Positions 1 through 8,407 of a stretch of DNA of 50,699 bases are shown here, one piece after another. The stretch comes from a phage, in sequence record PZ150740.1. The stretch is one strand, 5' to 3'. The position numbers and the translations under genes were made by a program. Position 1 is the stretch's first letter, and each line of letters opens with the position of its first letter. A model generated the notes under the pieces. That model was given only the letters and a program-made list of their open reading frames with translations, was not told where the DNA came from and did not search any database.

Positions 1-4
1 GGGC

Positions 5-49
5 ACTTTATCAAATGCCCTTGCGGAAGTTTTAACAAAAAGTGCTATT
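5..49 (-). promoter_or_regulatory. box promoter unit (box 29-49, -10-like TAAAGT 5-10); leader continues at window end
   Basis: Perfect box; 18-bp spacer; stop of gene 48-338 in box. Confidence 0.5.
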
Positions 50-338
50 AGCTCAGATAGTAAAGCTCATCGCGCGCGAAGTCGTCAAAATCTCGCTGTG
101 TCAGCGGTCGATCCTCTCGCGCCGCTTCCTCTATCATGTTGATCAAGAAATCGTTCATCGCTCCTAGTCCACCATCCGGCATATAGCAAGCTGCGAAAGC
201 TCGCGCCCATGAACGAGCATTTTTGAATCCGGCGCGCTTCATTGTGACTGGCGAGTGTTTAGAGTCGTTCCACTTGTTAAACTGCGCGATGTTTTCAAAA
301 GCGTTAACCAGTAGTTTGCGGTAAGTTTTGTTTGCCAT
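48..338 (-). CDS. hypothetical early protein
   Basis: ORF track; stop codon embedded in box copy at 29-49. Confidence 0.5.
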   Translation of the reverse strand: MANKTYRKLLVNAFENIAQFNKWNDSKHSPVTMKRAGFKNARSWARAFAACYMPDGGLGAMNDFLINMIEEAAREDRPLTQRDFDDFARDELYYLS

Positions 339-349
339 TTTAGATCCCC

Positions 350-553
350 TTATTTTTGTTTAAGTCCCATCAGCATCTTGCGCACGCCATCCTTTTTCCC
401 GTCAGAGTAGCCAGCAATTGAACCAGCGGCAAACATCATCAAGTTGCCCCAAAAGGCCATAATGCCCTCATAGTTAATGGTTAAATGGCTGCCGAAAAGG
501 ATCAGAAAAAGAATAATAATACCAGTCTTCATTTTCACCTCAGTAACAATCAT
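350..553 (-). CDS. small hydrophobic (membrane) protein
   Basis: ORF track; hydrophobic stretch GIIILFLILFG; true start may be internal Met (MKTGII). Confidence 0.45.
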   Translation of the reverse strand: MIVTEVKMKTGIIILFLILFGSHLTINYEGIMAFWGNLMMFAAGSIAGYSDGKKDGVRKMLMGLKQK

Positions 554-788
554 TAACGTGAATCAGTACGAAAAAACGACACTTGCGTAAGCGGTGGCGC
601 TTCTTGACGTACATATAGGCATCACTGTAATACTTAAATTCAGTGGCAATGATGCCGAAAAAGTCATCTGTAACATAGTGCCAATTTCCGCCTAAGCTGC
701 GTCGCTGCACATGATAAGTAGAACAGTCGCGGCAAAATACGATCCGGTATTCCGGCTTAAACAGTCGTTTCAATGCGTTAAAAACCAT
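540..788 (-). CDS. hypothetical Cys-containing protein
   Basis: ORF track; several Cys pairs. Confidence 0.45.
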   Translation of the reverse strand: MVFNALKRLFKPEYRIVFCRDCSTYHVQRRSLGGNWHYVTDDFFGIIATEFKYYSDAYMYVKKRHRLRKCRFFVLIHVNDCY

Positions 789-887
789 AGTAGCGCCCTC
801 ATGCTATAAAGAAAAAGTAGCATTGATAATACCGCAATCATTGCGGAATGAAAATCAAAAGGTGGCTTAGGATTCGTTGCGTTATTG

Positions 888-1268
888 TTATTTTCCAGCA
901 TTGCGCGCGATCCTCTTGTAACCATAGTAGAAATCATCGCCTACGCCACGGAATTTTAACGCGTTACGCGCCAGGCGGCGGATTCGACGATTATCCAGTT
1001 TGCCGTAATTGGTTGGCGCTTTAATCGTCTTGATTGGACAACCTCTATGATTAGTGATTCGTTTAAGAGTGGCAACAATACCCTCAAGCGCACGGATAGC
1101 GAAGCCGTCGAAGCCAAGATCTTTATTGATTAGATAGCCATTGATACCAGGGATTCCGAACCTTTTGCTATCAACCTTAACAATCTGGCCCTTCTTCATT
1201 CCGCTATCTGGAATTGCGTAAGTAACTAAGAATTTAGTGCCGACGCGAATTTTTCTGATGTTAACCAT
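888..1268 (-). CDS. hypothetical protein
   Basis: ORF track. Confidence 0.5.
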   Translation of the reverse strand: MVNIRKIRVGTKFLVTYAIPDSGMKKGQIVKVDSKRFGIPGINGYLINKDLGFDGFAIRALEGIVATLKRITNHRGCPIKTIKAPTNYGKLDNRRIRRLARNALKFRGVGDDFYYGYKRIARNAGK

Positions 1269-1338
1269 TGTGATCTCCTCTTGATTGTTGATGTGCGCAT
1301 TATAGCGGGGCCGATAACCCCGCGTTTAGCAATTCGTG

Positions 1339-1929
1339 CTATTTAATCTGCGTGTGCTTCCATTTGACAGTATTGACGATCTCGTTTACAGCCAGTTCCG
1401 GCTTACCGTCCTGCAAGTGGAAATCATAGTGATGGATTCGATAGTGATAACCGCTCAGGTCAATGTAGTCTCTCGAATCGCCAGCAAACGTGAAGCCGTC
1501 GCGATGCAATCGGCAAATATGCACCTCATGCCCCGCCTTAACGAGCGGCTTGATTTCTTCGGGGAATCCGCCATCACTGATCACAACCGACAAATCTCGG
1601 TACATCTCGTGAATCTCTTCAACCATTCGACGCCCGAAATAGTGATCTCCAAAAACTGGCTTCATTACATCCTCGCTAATCCAGATCATGAATTGTCGAG
1701 GCGACTTGCCACCTAAGATAACTTGAGGCTTTTCTTTTTGCTCTCGGTCGTTGTATAGGCCCATAAATTCATCGTATCGAGTCGGGCCAAGCATAGAAAA
1801 AGCAATGTCGAACATAGGTTGCTTGAATGATGCCTTAACCGCTTGGTAACGATGGCCCGTTAGGTAAGCTGCAATAGTGTCCTTCCCGCAACCTGGCGGC
1901 CCATTAAGGATGATAATGTCTCGTTTCAT
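1339..1929 (-). CDS. P-loop nucleotide kinase (dNMP kinase-like)
   Basis: Walker A GPPGCGKDT at N-terminus, resembling the SGKDT P-loop of phage dNMP kinases as recalled. Confidence 0.6.
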   Translation of the reverse strand: MKRDIIILNGPPGCGKDTIAAYLTGHRYQAVKASFKQPMFDIAFSMLGPTRYDEFMGLYNDREQKEKPQVILGGKSPRQFMIWISEDVMKPVFGDHYFGRRMVEEIHEMYRDLSVVISDGGFPEEIKPLVKAGHEVHICRLHRDGFTFAGDSRDYIDLSGYHYRIHHYDFHLQDGKPELAVNEIVNTVKWKHTQIK

Positions 1930-2323
1930 GATTAATGATCTCCATAGCGAAAAATCGCATTAAATTTTTTCCCGCGCTTCTTGTCTTCGTTGCGCTTCTT
2001 GCGTTGCTTTTTCACAAGCTCCACATGCTCATCGTACCCGCGACGCTTCTTTTTGGTAATGATTTTTTCAAAGTTACGCATCATTTCCCCCTTTAGGTTT
2101 TCTCAAAATGGCGCACTTCATGAATGCGCCATAGCAAGAATCACCACTCAAATTTATGTTTGTCTCTGATGATCTCGTAAATTGCTAACCACACCCAAAC
2201 AAACCAGAAAGCGAGAACGATTTTATCGTCTTTGTCTGTCGCGTCAGAATATTTCACCAACGCGCGGAACGTGAATAAGCCTGAAATGTAAAGAAAAACA
2301 ACCAAAAAAAACAAGTAACCAAA

Positions 2324-2587
2324 TCATTTATTTTCTCCTTCAACTACCAGCGTGTAAAGCAGAACAGGCTCTACCATGTCGCGGCGGCGTGGCTCTCGTG
2401 GTGAATCGGGCCATGCGCATTTCCCGATTGACACAATATGGCCTACCAGGTCACTAAGTTTTGAGATTCCATCTCGACGGATAACGTTGTACCCAATATC
2501 CTTGCCGTTAATAGAATGGATAGCAAAAAAGCTAGGCGCGCCATCAACAACGTCTACCGCTTTAAAAAACTCGATCTTGTTAGTCAT
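2324..2587 (-). CDS. hypothetical protein
   Basis: ORF track; preceded by box promoter unit. Confidence 0.5.
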   Translation of the reverse strand: MTNKIEFFKAVDVVDGAPSFFAIHSINGKDIGYNVIRRDGISKLSDLVGHIVSIGKCAWPDSPREPRRRDMVEPVLLYTLVVEGENK

Positions 2588-2618
2588 GATTTAATCCTCG
2601 TTTGTTGTTGATGGGCTT

Positions 2619-2663
2619 ACTATACCGCAAGCCCGTTAAGATGTTTTAACAAAAAGTGCTATT
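2619..2663 (-). promoter_or_regulatory. box promoter unit (-10-like TATAGT)
   Basis: Perfect box 2643-2663; 18-bp spacer; hairpin GGGCTT/AAGCCC around -10. Confidence 0.55.
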
Positions 2664-3372
2664 ACGCATTAACAAAATCGCCGTCGTTGTGCTTGAACTC
2701 CCAGGCCGTTCCTGCTTCATCACACACGAGAAACGCCGTTTCGTTGTAGCTCCAAACATCATAAACCTTATCTTTTATAAAGTTGGCACTGACAAGGCTG
2801 TCTTTGCTGCCGATGAATCTTGCTCGCTCTGTGATCTTGATAGCATCAACGCCGTGAGATTGTATGTGAGCGTGTGGCTTGTCGTATTCCGTGACCTGAT
2901 AGGTTGTGATCCCCAAGCTGCGGAAGTGCTTAACCACGTTCGGCGAATCGTCAAAGGCGCAAACAATGTTGTCCAGGCCAATAGCGCGCAAGGCTTCTTC
3001 TTTAATAACCGTATCCTTTCGATTGTCCTCCTGGCGGCGCATGATGATTTCGTCAAACTTCACGCCGTTCTCATTCAACCATTTGCAGGTTTCATAGCGC
3101 ACCTCGTCGCTGCGTCCGGTCAGGATGACGATGGCAAATCCCGACACCCACAAACCGTTAATAACCGCGATCGTGCTTTTAATCGGTGAATCTCCGGCGG
3201 CGGCCCTGTTAAATTCGCTCCACGATTCCGTAAGGTGCAAGTTTTCAGTTGGCAGCAAGTGCAAGCGATGCGATCCGTCCGATAGTGTGCCATCCAGATC
3301 AACGATAACAATCGGCTTGCTGGTGATTAATTCGTACTTCTTGCCCCACAGTTCGAAAGTATACTTTTTCAT
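2662..3372 (-). CDS. HAD-superfamily phosphatase
   Basis: N-terminal DxDGT motif (IVIVDLDGT); stop codon in box copy 2643-2663. Confidence 0.6.
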   Translation of the reverse strand: MKKYTFELWGKKYELITSKPIVIVDLDGTLSDGSHRLHLLPTENLHLTESWSEFNRAAAGDSPIKSTIAVINGLWVSGFAIVILTGRSDEVRYETCKWLNENGVKFDEIIMRRQEDNRKDTVIKEEALRAIGLDNIVCAFDDSPNVVKHFRSLGITTYQVTEYDKPHAHIQSHGVDAIKITERARFIGSKDSLVSANFIKDKVYDVWSYNETAFLVCDEAGTAWEFKHNDGDFVNA

Positions 3373-3384
3373 CTATCGCCCCTG

Positions 3385-3564
3385 TCATGCTCTATGGATA
3401 TATTCAGCCGTGATAACGATTAGCAAGGAAAATGCTGGAATGCTCCAAATCACTTCCGCAAACGAATTGTCGTAATTCAGCCGGAATCTATGCCGCGCCG
3501 CGTGGATAAGCCACGTAAAAATGAATAACGCCCAGCACAACACAATAATAGTAAAATCTTCCAT
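3385..3564 (-). CDS. small membrane protein (59 aa, below ORF-track cutoff)
   Basis: Hand-translated ORF MEDFTIIVLCWALFIFTWLIH...; fills gap between flanking genes. Confidence 0.3.
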   Translation of the reverse strand: MEDFTIIVLCWALFIFTWLIHAARHRFRLNYDNSFAEVIWSIPAFSLLIVITAEYIHRA

Positions 3565-3585
3565 TGCATTCTCGCTTGTTAAATT

Positions 3586-3795
3586 TTATTGCAATTGCTC
3601 AATCTTTGCCGCCAGTTTATTTAACACGTTCGCCATGCGGCGGGCGCTCTCTGCCGAAAGTATTCCCCGAAAGTCTGGCATCCTGCCATATTCGAAAGTG
3701 CCATCTATAAATATCTGATTTCCACGCTGATAAACGTCGATAGTGTCTCCGTAGTCGTCGGTGAATTTATATTTTGCTGTTTTGTTCTGGTTCAT
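3586..3795 (-). CDS. hypothetical protein
   Basis: ORF track. Confidence 0.5.
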   Translation of the reverse strand: MNQNKTAKYKFTDDYGDTIDVYQRGNQIFIDGTFEYGRMPDFRGILSAESARRMANVLNKLAAKIEQLQ

Positions 3796-3797
3796 GA

Positions 3798-4157
3798 TTA
3801 ATCCTTAAACGCGTGAGCAATTTTGCTGTTAACCTTCGCTTTGATAATCGCGACGCAATAATCAGACAGGCCTCCTCTTGCAATGCGCGATTGCTGATTA
3901 TTAAATTCAATGATGGCCTCGCCAGTTTCGCCATCAATGAAGCGCTCGCGGCCCCAATTGTCTGATATGCGAGCTACACGGGAAACAGCCAGGTAGGGAT
4001 CGTCAATCCCGTAAAATTCCTTGACTGCCTTTTTTGTTAGCTCGTCCTTTTTCGCTACGATTTTCATCGCCACATTGTGACCAATCTGATCTACTGACTG
4101 GTTGCGTTCGATGATATGGCTTACGCGAAAATCAACGTCTTTGTAGCTCTTGAACAT
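3798..4157 (-). CDS. hypothetical protein
   Basis: ORF track. Confidence 0.5.
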   Translation of the reverse strand: MFKSYKDVDFRVSHIIERNQSVDQIGHNVAMKIVAKKDELTKKAVKEFYGIDDPYLAVSRVARISDNWGRERFIDGETGEAIIEFNNQQSRIARGGLSDYCVAIIKAKVNSKIAHAFKD

Positions 4158-4384
4158 TATTTGACTTCCTCAAAGGTTGCGATAAGGTCGGCGTAAGCGC
4201 AAATTGCGTTGCCGTTTTGACCGTTCAGGAACATACGGAATCCTTGATTGTTATTGACGTAAAACGATCCGGTTGATGTTCTCATTTTCTGCGCGGAGTA
4301 GATATGCCCCACTGTGAACATAAAGCCGCAACCTGGCGCTACACTGACACACTTCATTTTTTTCTGGATGATTAAACTTTCCAT
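4157..4384 (-). CDS. hypothetical protein (start adjusted to MESLIIQ)
   Basis: ORF track frame; ATG at 4384 downstream of box unit and RBS-like GAGAGGGGAAA. Confidence 0.45.
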   Translation of the reverse strand: MESLIIQKKMKCVSVAPGCGFMFTVGHIYSAQKMRTSTGSFYVNNNQGFRMFLNGQNGNAICAYADLIATFEEVK

Positions 4385-4414
4385 CGCGTTTCCCCTCTCG
4401 TTGAAAGTAGGGCC

Positions 4415-4458
4415 ATTATACCTGGCCCCACATTTGAGTTTTAACAAAAAGTGCTATT
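4415..4458 (-). promoter_or_regulatory. box promoter unit (-10 TATAAT, 17-bp spacer)
   Basis: Perfect box 4438-4458; hairpin GGGCC/GGCCC around -10. Confidence 0.55.
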
Positions 4459-5351
4459 TACACTTTGACCTTCCACTTAACCATCGTTCCGCGCTTGATG
4501 CTGATCTCACCCGCAACAGTCCGGTTTTTAGTGCCGCCATAGTGAAGCAGGAGAATAACAACATCATCATGAATTTCGATCGTCTTTGGTGTAGCCGTTA
4601 ATTCATACCAAGTGCCGTCATCAAGCCGGACTCCTTTTAGCGTGGCTGCAACTGGCATATCTTCAATCGCGCCCTGCGTTACGATTTCTTGATAGGCAAA
4701 GGCACTCTTATCAATACGCCAGCCTCCAGGCGCTTTCATTTCGGCGACCGCTTTGTGGATCTCCTCGCCAATGATTTTTTGAATTGAAGTCTTTCCGCCG
4801 CCGAATGGTGTTTCTCCAAACAAGTGTTTTGTAATGTCTTCCACGTAGTAAATCTTATCCTCTTCGTTGTGCGGATTGAATTTGTTGTGACCATTGACAA
4901 AGAAATCAACTTTCAACTCTGATTTCTGACCATCGCTATAAACGCCATTGTCGCGCGATGTGTAGCGAATCGTTGAATTACCAGCGGAGCGGAACGTGAT
5001 CGGATACTTGATATTGTCCACGCTTAAGCACCACAGCTTTTTGTAGTCGCATGTTTTCATATTTACCATCGGAATCTCTGCGCGTTCCGTTGAGCGCACT
5101 GGTAACACCTGGCCCTTATATGGCTTGTAGTGCAAGCATGTGTAGCCTGGCATTGCATAGCCATAGTCTTTAAGTGCGTTGTAGTGCTTGTTATGTGCAT
5201 CAATGAAGTGTTCAATCTCCATGCTTGATGGCGCACGCTTGTAGCTATGCAAATCAACCTTATGGCAGGTTTTTTCATCGGTAAAAATGTAATGACCAAT
5301 ACCGCGAGATTCGAAGGTGATCGGGAATTTAATGTCAGCAAGTTTTAACAT
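4458..5351 (-). CDS. hypothetical protein with internal duplication
   Basis: ORF track; repeated segments ADIKFPITFESRG / VDNIKYPITFRSAG. Confidence 0.5.
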   Translation of the reverse strand: MLKLADIKFPITFESRGIGHYIFTDEKTCHKVDLHSYKRAPSSMEIEHFIDAHNKHYNALKDYGYAMPGYTCLHYKPYKGQVLPVRSTERAEIPMVNMKTCDYKKLWCLSVDNIKYPITFRSAGNSTIRYTSRDNGVYSDGQKSELKVDFFVNGHNKFNPHNEEDKIYYVEDITKHLFGETPFGGGKTSIQKIIGEEIHKAVAEMKAPGGWRIDKSAFAYQEIVTQGAIEDMPVAATLKGVRLDDGTWYELTATPKTIEIHDDVVILLLHYGGTKNRTVAGEISIKRGTMVKWKVKV

Positions 5352-5405
5352 GGTGCTTTCTCCTGATTGGTTTTGTGGGCGACGCCGTGCCGCCCTATGT
5401 GATTT

Positions 5406-5450
5406 ATTATGCCTGGTTATCGTTTTCGAGTTTTAACAAAAAGTGCTATT
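5406..5450 (-). promoter_or_regulatory. box promoter unit (-10-like CATAAT)
   Basis: Perfect box 5430-5450; 18-bp spacer. Confidence 0.55.
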
Positions 5451-5635
5451 TAGAATTTTACCTCTTCCACAAGCTCAACCATTTTATAACCAAGACGATA
5501 AGAGTCACCGAACAACAAGATCCCCATAAATTCATCATAGCTTATTGACTCTTTGCCAACCGTTCTAAGCTCTCCGTTGTGAATCACAGTATCGCCGATC
5601 TTGATTTCTGATTTATGGACTAATTTCGTTTTCAT
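5450..5635 (-). CDS. hypothetical protein
   Basis: ORF track; stop in box copy. Confidence 0.5.
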   Translation of the reverse strand: MKTKLVHKSEIKIGDTVIHNGELRTVGKESISYDEFMGILLFGDSYRLGYKMVELVEEVKF

Positions 5636-5650
5636 TTATTCACCTGCTAA

Positions 5651-5836
5651 TTAAAAGAAAGCTACATAGTTTGCAATGCCTTTGGCGTCGTCGTTTGGCA
5701 TTGCTTTTACAGCCAGGTCATAACCTGCCTCTACCTTCTGCTTTGCTGTTTCTTCGTTGTAGCCCCAGATAACCAGGATTTTAACTACGTTTTCTTTGTT
5801 CAGGACTTTAAGGTCTTTGGTGATGCGACGTGCCAT
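5651..5836 (-). CDS. hypothetical protein
   Basis: ORF track; box unit upstream. Confidence 0.5.
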   Translation of the reverse strand: MARRITKDLKVLNKENVVKILVIWGYNEETAKQKVEAGYDLAVKAMPNDDAKGIANYVAFF

Positions 5837-5868
5837 TTTTGTTTCCTCAATCTCGTTTCGATGAGGCT

Positions 5869-5913
5869 ATTATGCCAGGCTTTGCGCCTGGCGTTTTAAC
5901 AAAAAGTGCTATT
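5869..5913 (-). promoter_or_regulatory. box promoter unit (-10-like CATAAT)
   Basis: Perfect box 5893-5913; spacer is palindrome GCCAGGCgcaaaGCCTGGC. Confidence 0.55.
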
Positions 5914-6169
5914 TAATATCTGTTGTGACTTGCTGGTGCATTACGTTCTTTCCGCTGTTGTACGTGCTATCCGTTGCGCCTTTGCAATTGGTGTAATAGA
6001 TGGCGCGACCGTTATCATAGAATCTGTATGCTGTGCATCCGTCAACAGTGAACAGGCGACCGACCTTGAAATCTGACTCCGCGCCTACGACAACCGTTGA
6101 TTCTGATGCCTTTTCGCATCCGGTCAGGAGTGTCATTGCCGCCAAAACGCCGATTAATGCCTTTTTCAT
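5909..6169 (-). CDS. lipoprotein (possible Cor-like superinfection exclusion protein)
   Basis: Signal peptide with lipobox LLTGC; small Cys/Tyr-rich mature part; Cor assignment is inference. Confidence 0.5.
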   Translation of the reverse strand: MKKALIGVLAAMTLLTGCEKASESTVVVGAESDFKVGRLFTVDGCTAYRFYDNGRAIYYTNCKGATDSTYNSGKNVMHQQVTTDIK

Positions 6170-6633
6170 TATTGCTCCTCCTCTTTGATGATTTCGCGGA
6201 TCATATCCTGGTAGCGGCTTACGCCCTCACAAGCTCCAGCCAGTTTATCCCCTTCCAGGTCCACGATGTTCGGAATTGCTGCCAGTAAGCGATCGGCAAA
6301 CTTTTTGATCGCCCTTGCCTTGATAGCTGGCAATTCTTCGGGTGTGATGATTTTCCTTTTCGATTCTCGGACCATGCGGAAAACGTAAAATTTATCATCT
6401 TCCGTTTCCTCAACCTTGATGCTTACCCGACCTGCGGCCCTTACTTCTGGAACGCGGTTGATAATGGTCCGGCTGTAGGATGAACTGCGCGTGATCTTGT
6501 AGCAGTCATCGCCGCTTAACATTCCGGCCAGGTCAATTAGTGACATTTTATACTCTTCAATATCGCCACTAGCCAGGCGGCGACCAAGCTCGCGAAGCCA
6601 ATCGCAATAGTCCTTAGTGGTCTTCTGTTCCAT
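6169..6633 (-). CDS. hypothetical early protein (start adjusted to MEQKTTK)
   Basis: ORF track frame; strong RBS GGAGGAAAGGAA before ATG at 6633; first gene after leftward consensus promoter. Confidence 0.5.
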   Translation of the reverse strand: MEQKTTKDYCDWLRELGRRLASGDIEEYKMSLIDLAGMLSGDDCYKITRSSSYSRTIINRVPEVRAAGRVSIKVEETEDDKFYVFRMVRESKRKIITPEELPAIKARAIKKFADRLLAAIPNIVDLEGDKLAGACEGVSRYQDMIREIIKEEEQ

Positions 6634-6664
6634 TTCCTTTCCTCCAGTTGTTGACTGTTGGCGC

Positions 6665-6692
6665 ATTATAAAAGCTATTTGGTGCGTGTCAA
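6665..6692 (-). promoter_or_regulatory. near-consensus sigma70 promoter (TTGACA-16-TATAAT) for leftward early genes
   Basis: Minus strand reads TTGACAcgcaccaaatagctttTATAAT immediately upstream of gene 6169-6633. Confidence 0.6.
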
Positions 6693-7114
6693 TGTTTTTG
6701 TTGTATTCAAAACGTTACCAATATCGAAAAACTACAAAATCATGCGCAAGTTGTTGATTTCAGGGCTGTTATTTTTCTGTTCACGCTGTTAACGCAATCC
6801 GCCGGAAAAAGTATATATACATATGCAATCCGCCGCGCGCGCAACTATCCATATATACCCACACACAACCAGACCATAACCAACAAAAAGCACTGTAACA
6901 GTGAGAACAAAAAGAAAACATTATAGATATATATAAATAAATAATCTTTATTTTCAATGTATTATAGAGGGATTTTTTTGTTTTTTCCGTTTTCGCTACA
7001 CCGGAAAACCGCGCGGAAACACGCCGCCTGAAATCGGTAACAGGGGTGAACAAAAGACAACAACCACTGACAGCCAGGCGGAAAAGTGAGGCAAGAGGGG
7101 AAGGTTTCACTATC

Positions 7115-7220
7115 TCCCCTGCAACCAATGATTAAACGTGATTACTTTTCTCATCAAATTTGCAAAGGCAATCATCATTTTGACGTGATTTGATTACGAA
7201 TGATTACTTTTGATTATTTC
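7115..7220. repeat. cluster of GATTA(C) direct repeats (iteron-like) in divergent control region
   Basis: About six copies of (T)GATTAC/GATTT within ~100 bp, e.g. tgattacttttc twice. Confidence 0.35.
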
Positions 7221-7246
7221 GATCACAATCCTGGCGCTAACCGTCA

Positions 7247-7291
7247 AATAGCACTTTTTGTTAAAACTCAGACCACCTGATCGGGTACATT
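7247..7291 (+). promoter_or_regulatory. box promoter unit (-10-like TACATT)
   Basis: Perfect box 7247-7267; leader ACACACATCGAAACGAA. Confidence 0.55.
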
Positions 7292-7325
7292 ACACACATC
7301 GAAACGAACCGCTCAGGAGATAGCA

Positions 7326-7598
7326 ATGAACATCAGCAAAACCACTTTCAACTTCGCTAAGCGTCACGGTCTGGATCTGACTGTTGAAGACTTCGGCGAT
7401 GTTCTGCAACTCTGCATATGGGAAGCAGATAACGATTGCGAGTGGCTTTGCTCTTACCGTATCAACTACGATTGCTTGACCTGGCACGGCAATATCTATC
7501 TGCCGCAAGAAGTGAAGGAAGAATTGCCAGCGACTATCAACAACGAAGTTTTCTTGCGTCAGGTGCTGAAATTTATCAGTGAGGAGATCAAGAAGTGA
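7326..7598 (+). CDS. hypothetical early protein
   Basis: ORF track; box unit 7247-7291 upstream. Confidence 0.55.
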   Translation: MNISKTTFNFAKRHGLDLTVEDFGDVLQLCIWEADNDCEWLCSYRINYDCLTWHGNIYLPQEVKEELPATINNEVFLRQVLKFISEEIKK

Positions 7599-7864
7599 TG
7601 GCGGTGATTACCGAAAATGATTTGGATCTGGCGGAGGCATTTTGCAGGGCCGCCAGGGCTAACCTGGATGTGGCTACTAAATTTCTTCCGGTGCGCCCAC
7701 TCTTTTCGTGTGCGCCCGTGAATAAACCGACTCGCGTAATGATCGTGATTGAAGGTGATGGCCTGTACGCTGAAAAGACGTTCCACATCAGCAACATTAA
7801 GGGCCGTGCTGATTTTATCAATGATGTTTGCTTATTGCAGGAGAAGAAAAAATGCTTAATGTGA
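7598..7864 (+). CDS. hypothetical protein
   Basis: ORF track; start overlaps upstream stop (TGATG). Confidence 0.5.
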   Translation: MAVITENDLDLAEAFCRAARANLDVATKFLPVRPLFSCAPVNKPTRVMIVIEGDGLYAEKTFHISNIKGRADFINDVCLLQEKKKCLM

Positions 7865-8064
7865 TCAAGAAAGCACATGAGATGGGTATGGATGTTTCAA
7901 TCTGCGACGCTTCCTCGCGTCACCCGTCAGCACCTGAAAATATGGTTGTTGTCATCGTACATAATCACCGCTATGAGTGCCGTGCGATGTTTGAGAAGCA
8001 GGATAAAGAGTCTCAACGCTGTTTTATCAACGAAGTTTGCGATCTGTATGGGAGAATCAACTGA
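7852..8064 (+). CDS. hypothetical protein
   Basis: ORF track frame; ATG after GGAGAAG RBS. Confidence 0.5.
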   Translation: MLNVIKKAHEMGMDVSICDASSRHPSAPENMVVVIVHNHRYECRAMFEKQDKESQRCFINEVCDLYGRIN

Positions 8065-8330
8065 TGGCACGTATCAATGCACCTATTCCAGTTAAGCGCA
8101 AAGCGCGTTTGCTCAATAACGGATGTTACGCCCTGCGGCCAGCATTTAAGGATCGCACATTTCCGGTTATCGTTAACGTGTCTCACGTAAGCCGTAGCGG
8201 AAACCTGGTATTCGTTAAAGGTGAAGATCTGGCGGCGCTTGGATTCTACGGCGGTGTTTATAGCGAACCGCTCGGATTCTGGCTTGTAGATCCGTTAACT
8301 GGCGAGCGTGAAATCGAATTTCTGGACTAA
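8064..8330 (+). CDS. hypothetical protein
   Basis: ORF track frame; TGATG overlap; stop TAA embedded in box 8330-8350. Confidence 0.5.
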   Translation: MARINAPIPVKRKARLLNNGCYALRPAFKDRTFPVIVNVSHVSRSGNLVFVKGEDLAALGFYGGVYSEPLGFWLVDPLTGEREIEFLD

Positions 8331-8374
8331 ATAGCACTTTTTGTTAAAACTCAATCCTCTCATTCCTGTACATT
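8330..8374 (+). promoter_or_regulatory. box promoter unit (-10-like TACATT)
   Basis: Perfect box; leader ACACGCATCGACAACGAA. Confidence 0.55.
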
Positions 8375-8407
8375 ACACGCATCGACAACGAATGTGAGGA
8401 TTTGAAA

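Noticed and set aside
2656-3189. Plus-strand ORFs overlapping the HAD phosphatase gene (2656-3189, 2775-3056, 2906-3097)
   Set aside because: Opposite to the surrounding operon, no box unit or RBS, and they overlap a gene with a clear catalytic motif.
7247-7267. Reading TTGTTA inside the box as the sigma70 -35 hexamer
   Set aside because: Distance from TTGTTA to the conserved -10-like hexamer is 22 bp in every unit, outside the 16-18 bp range; the box is better read as an upstream element replacing the -35.
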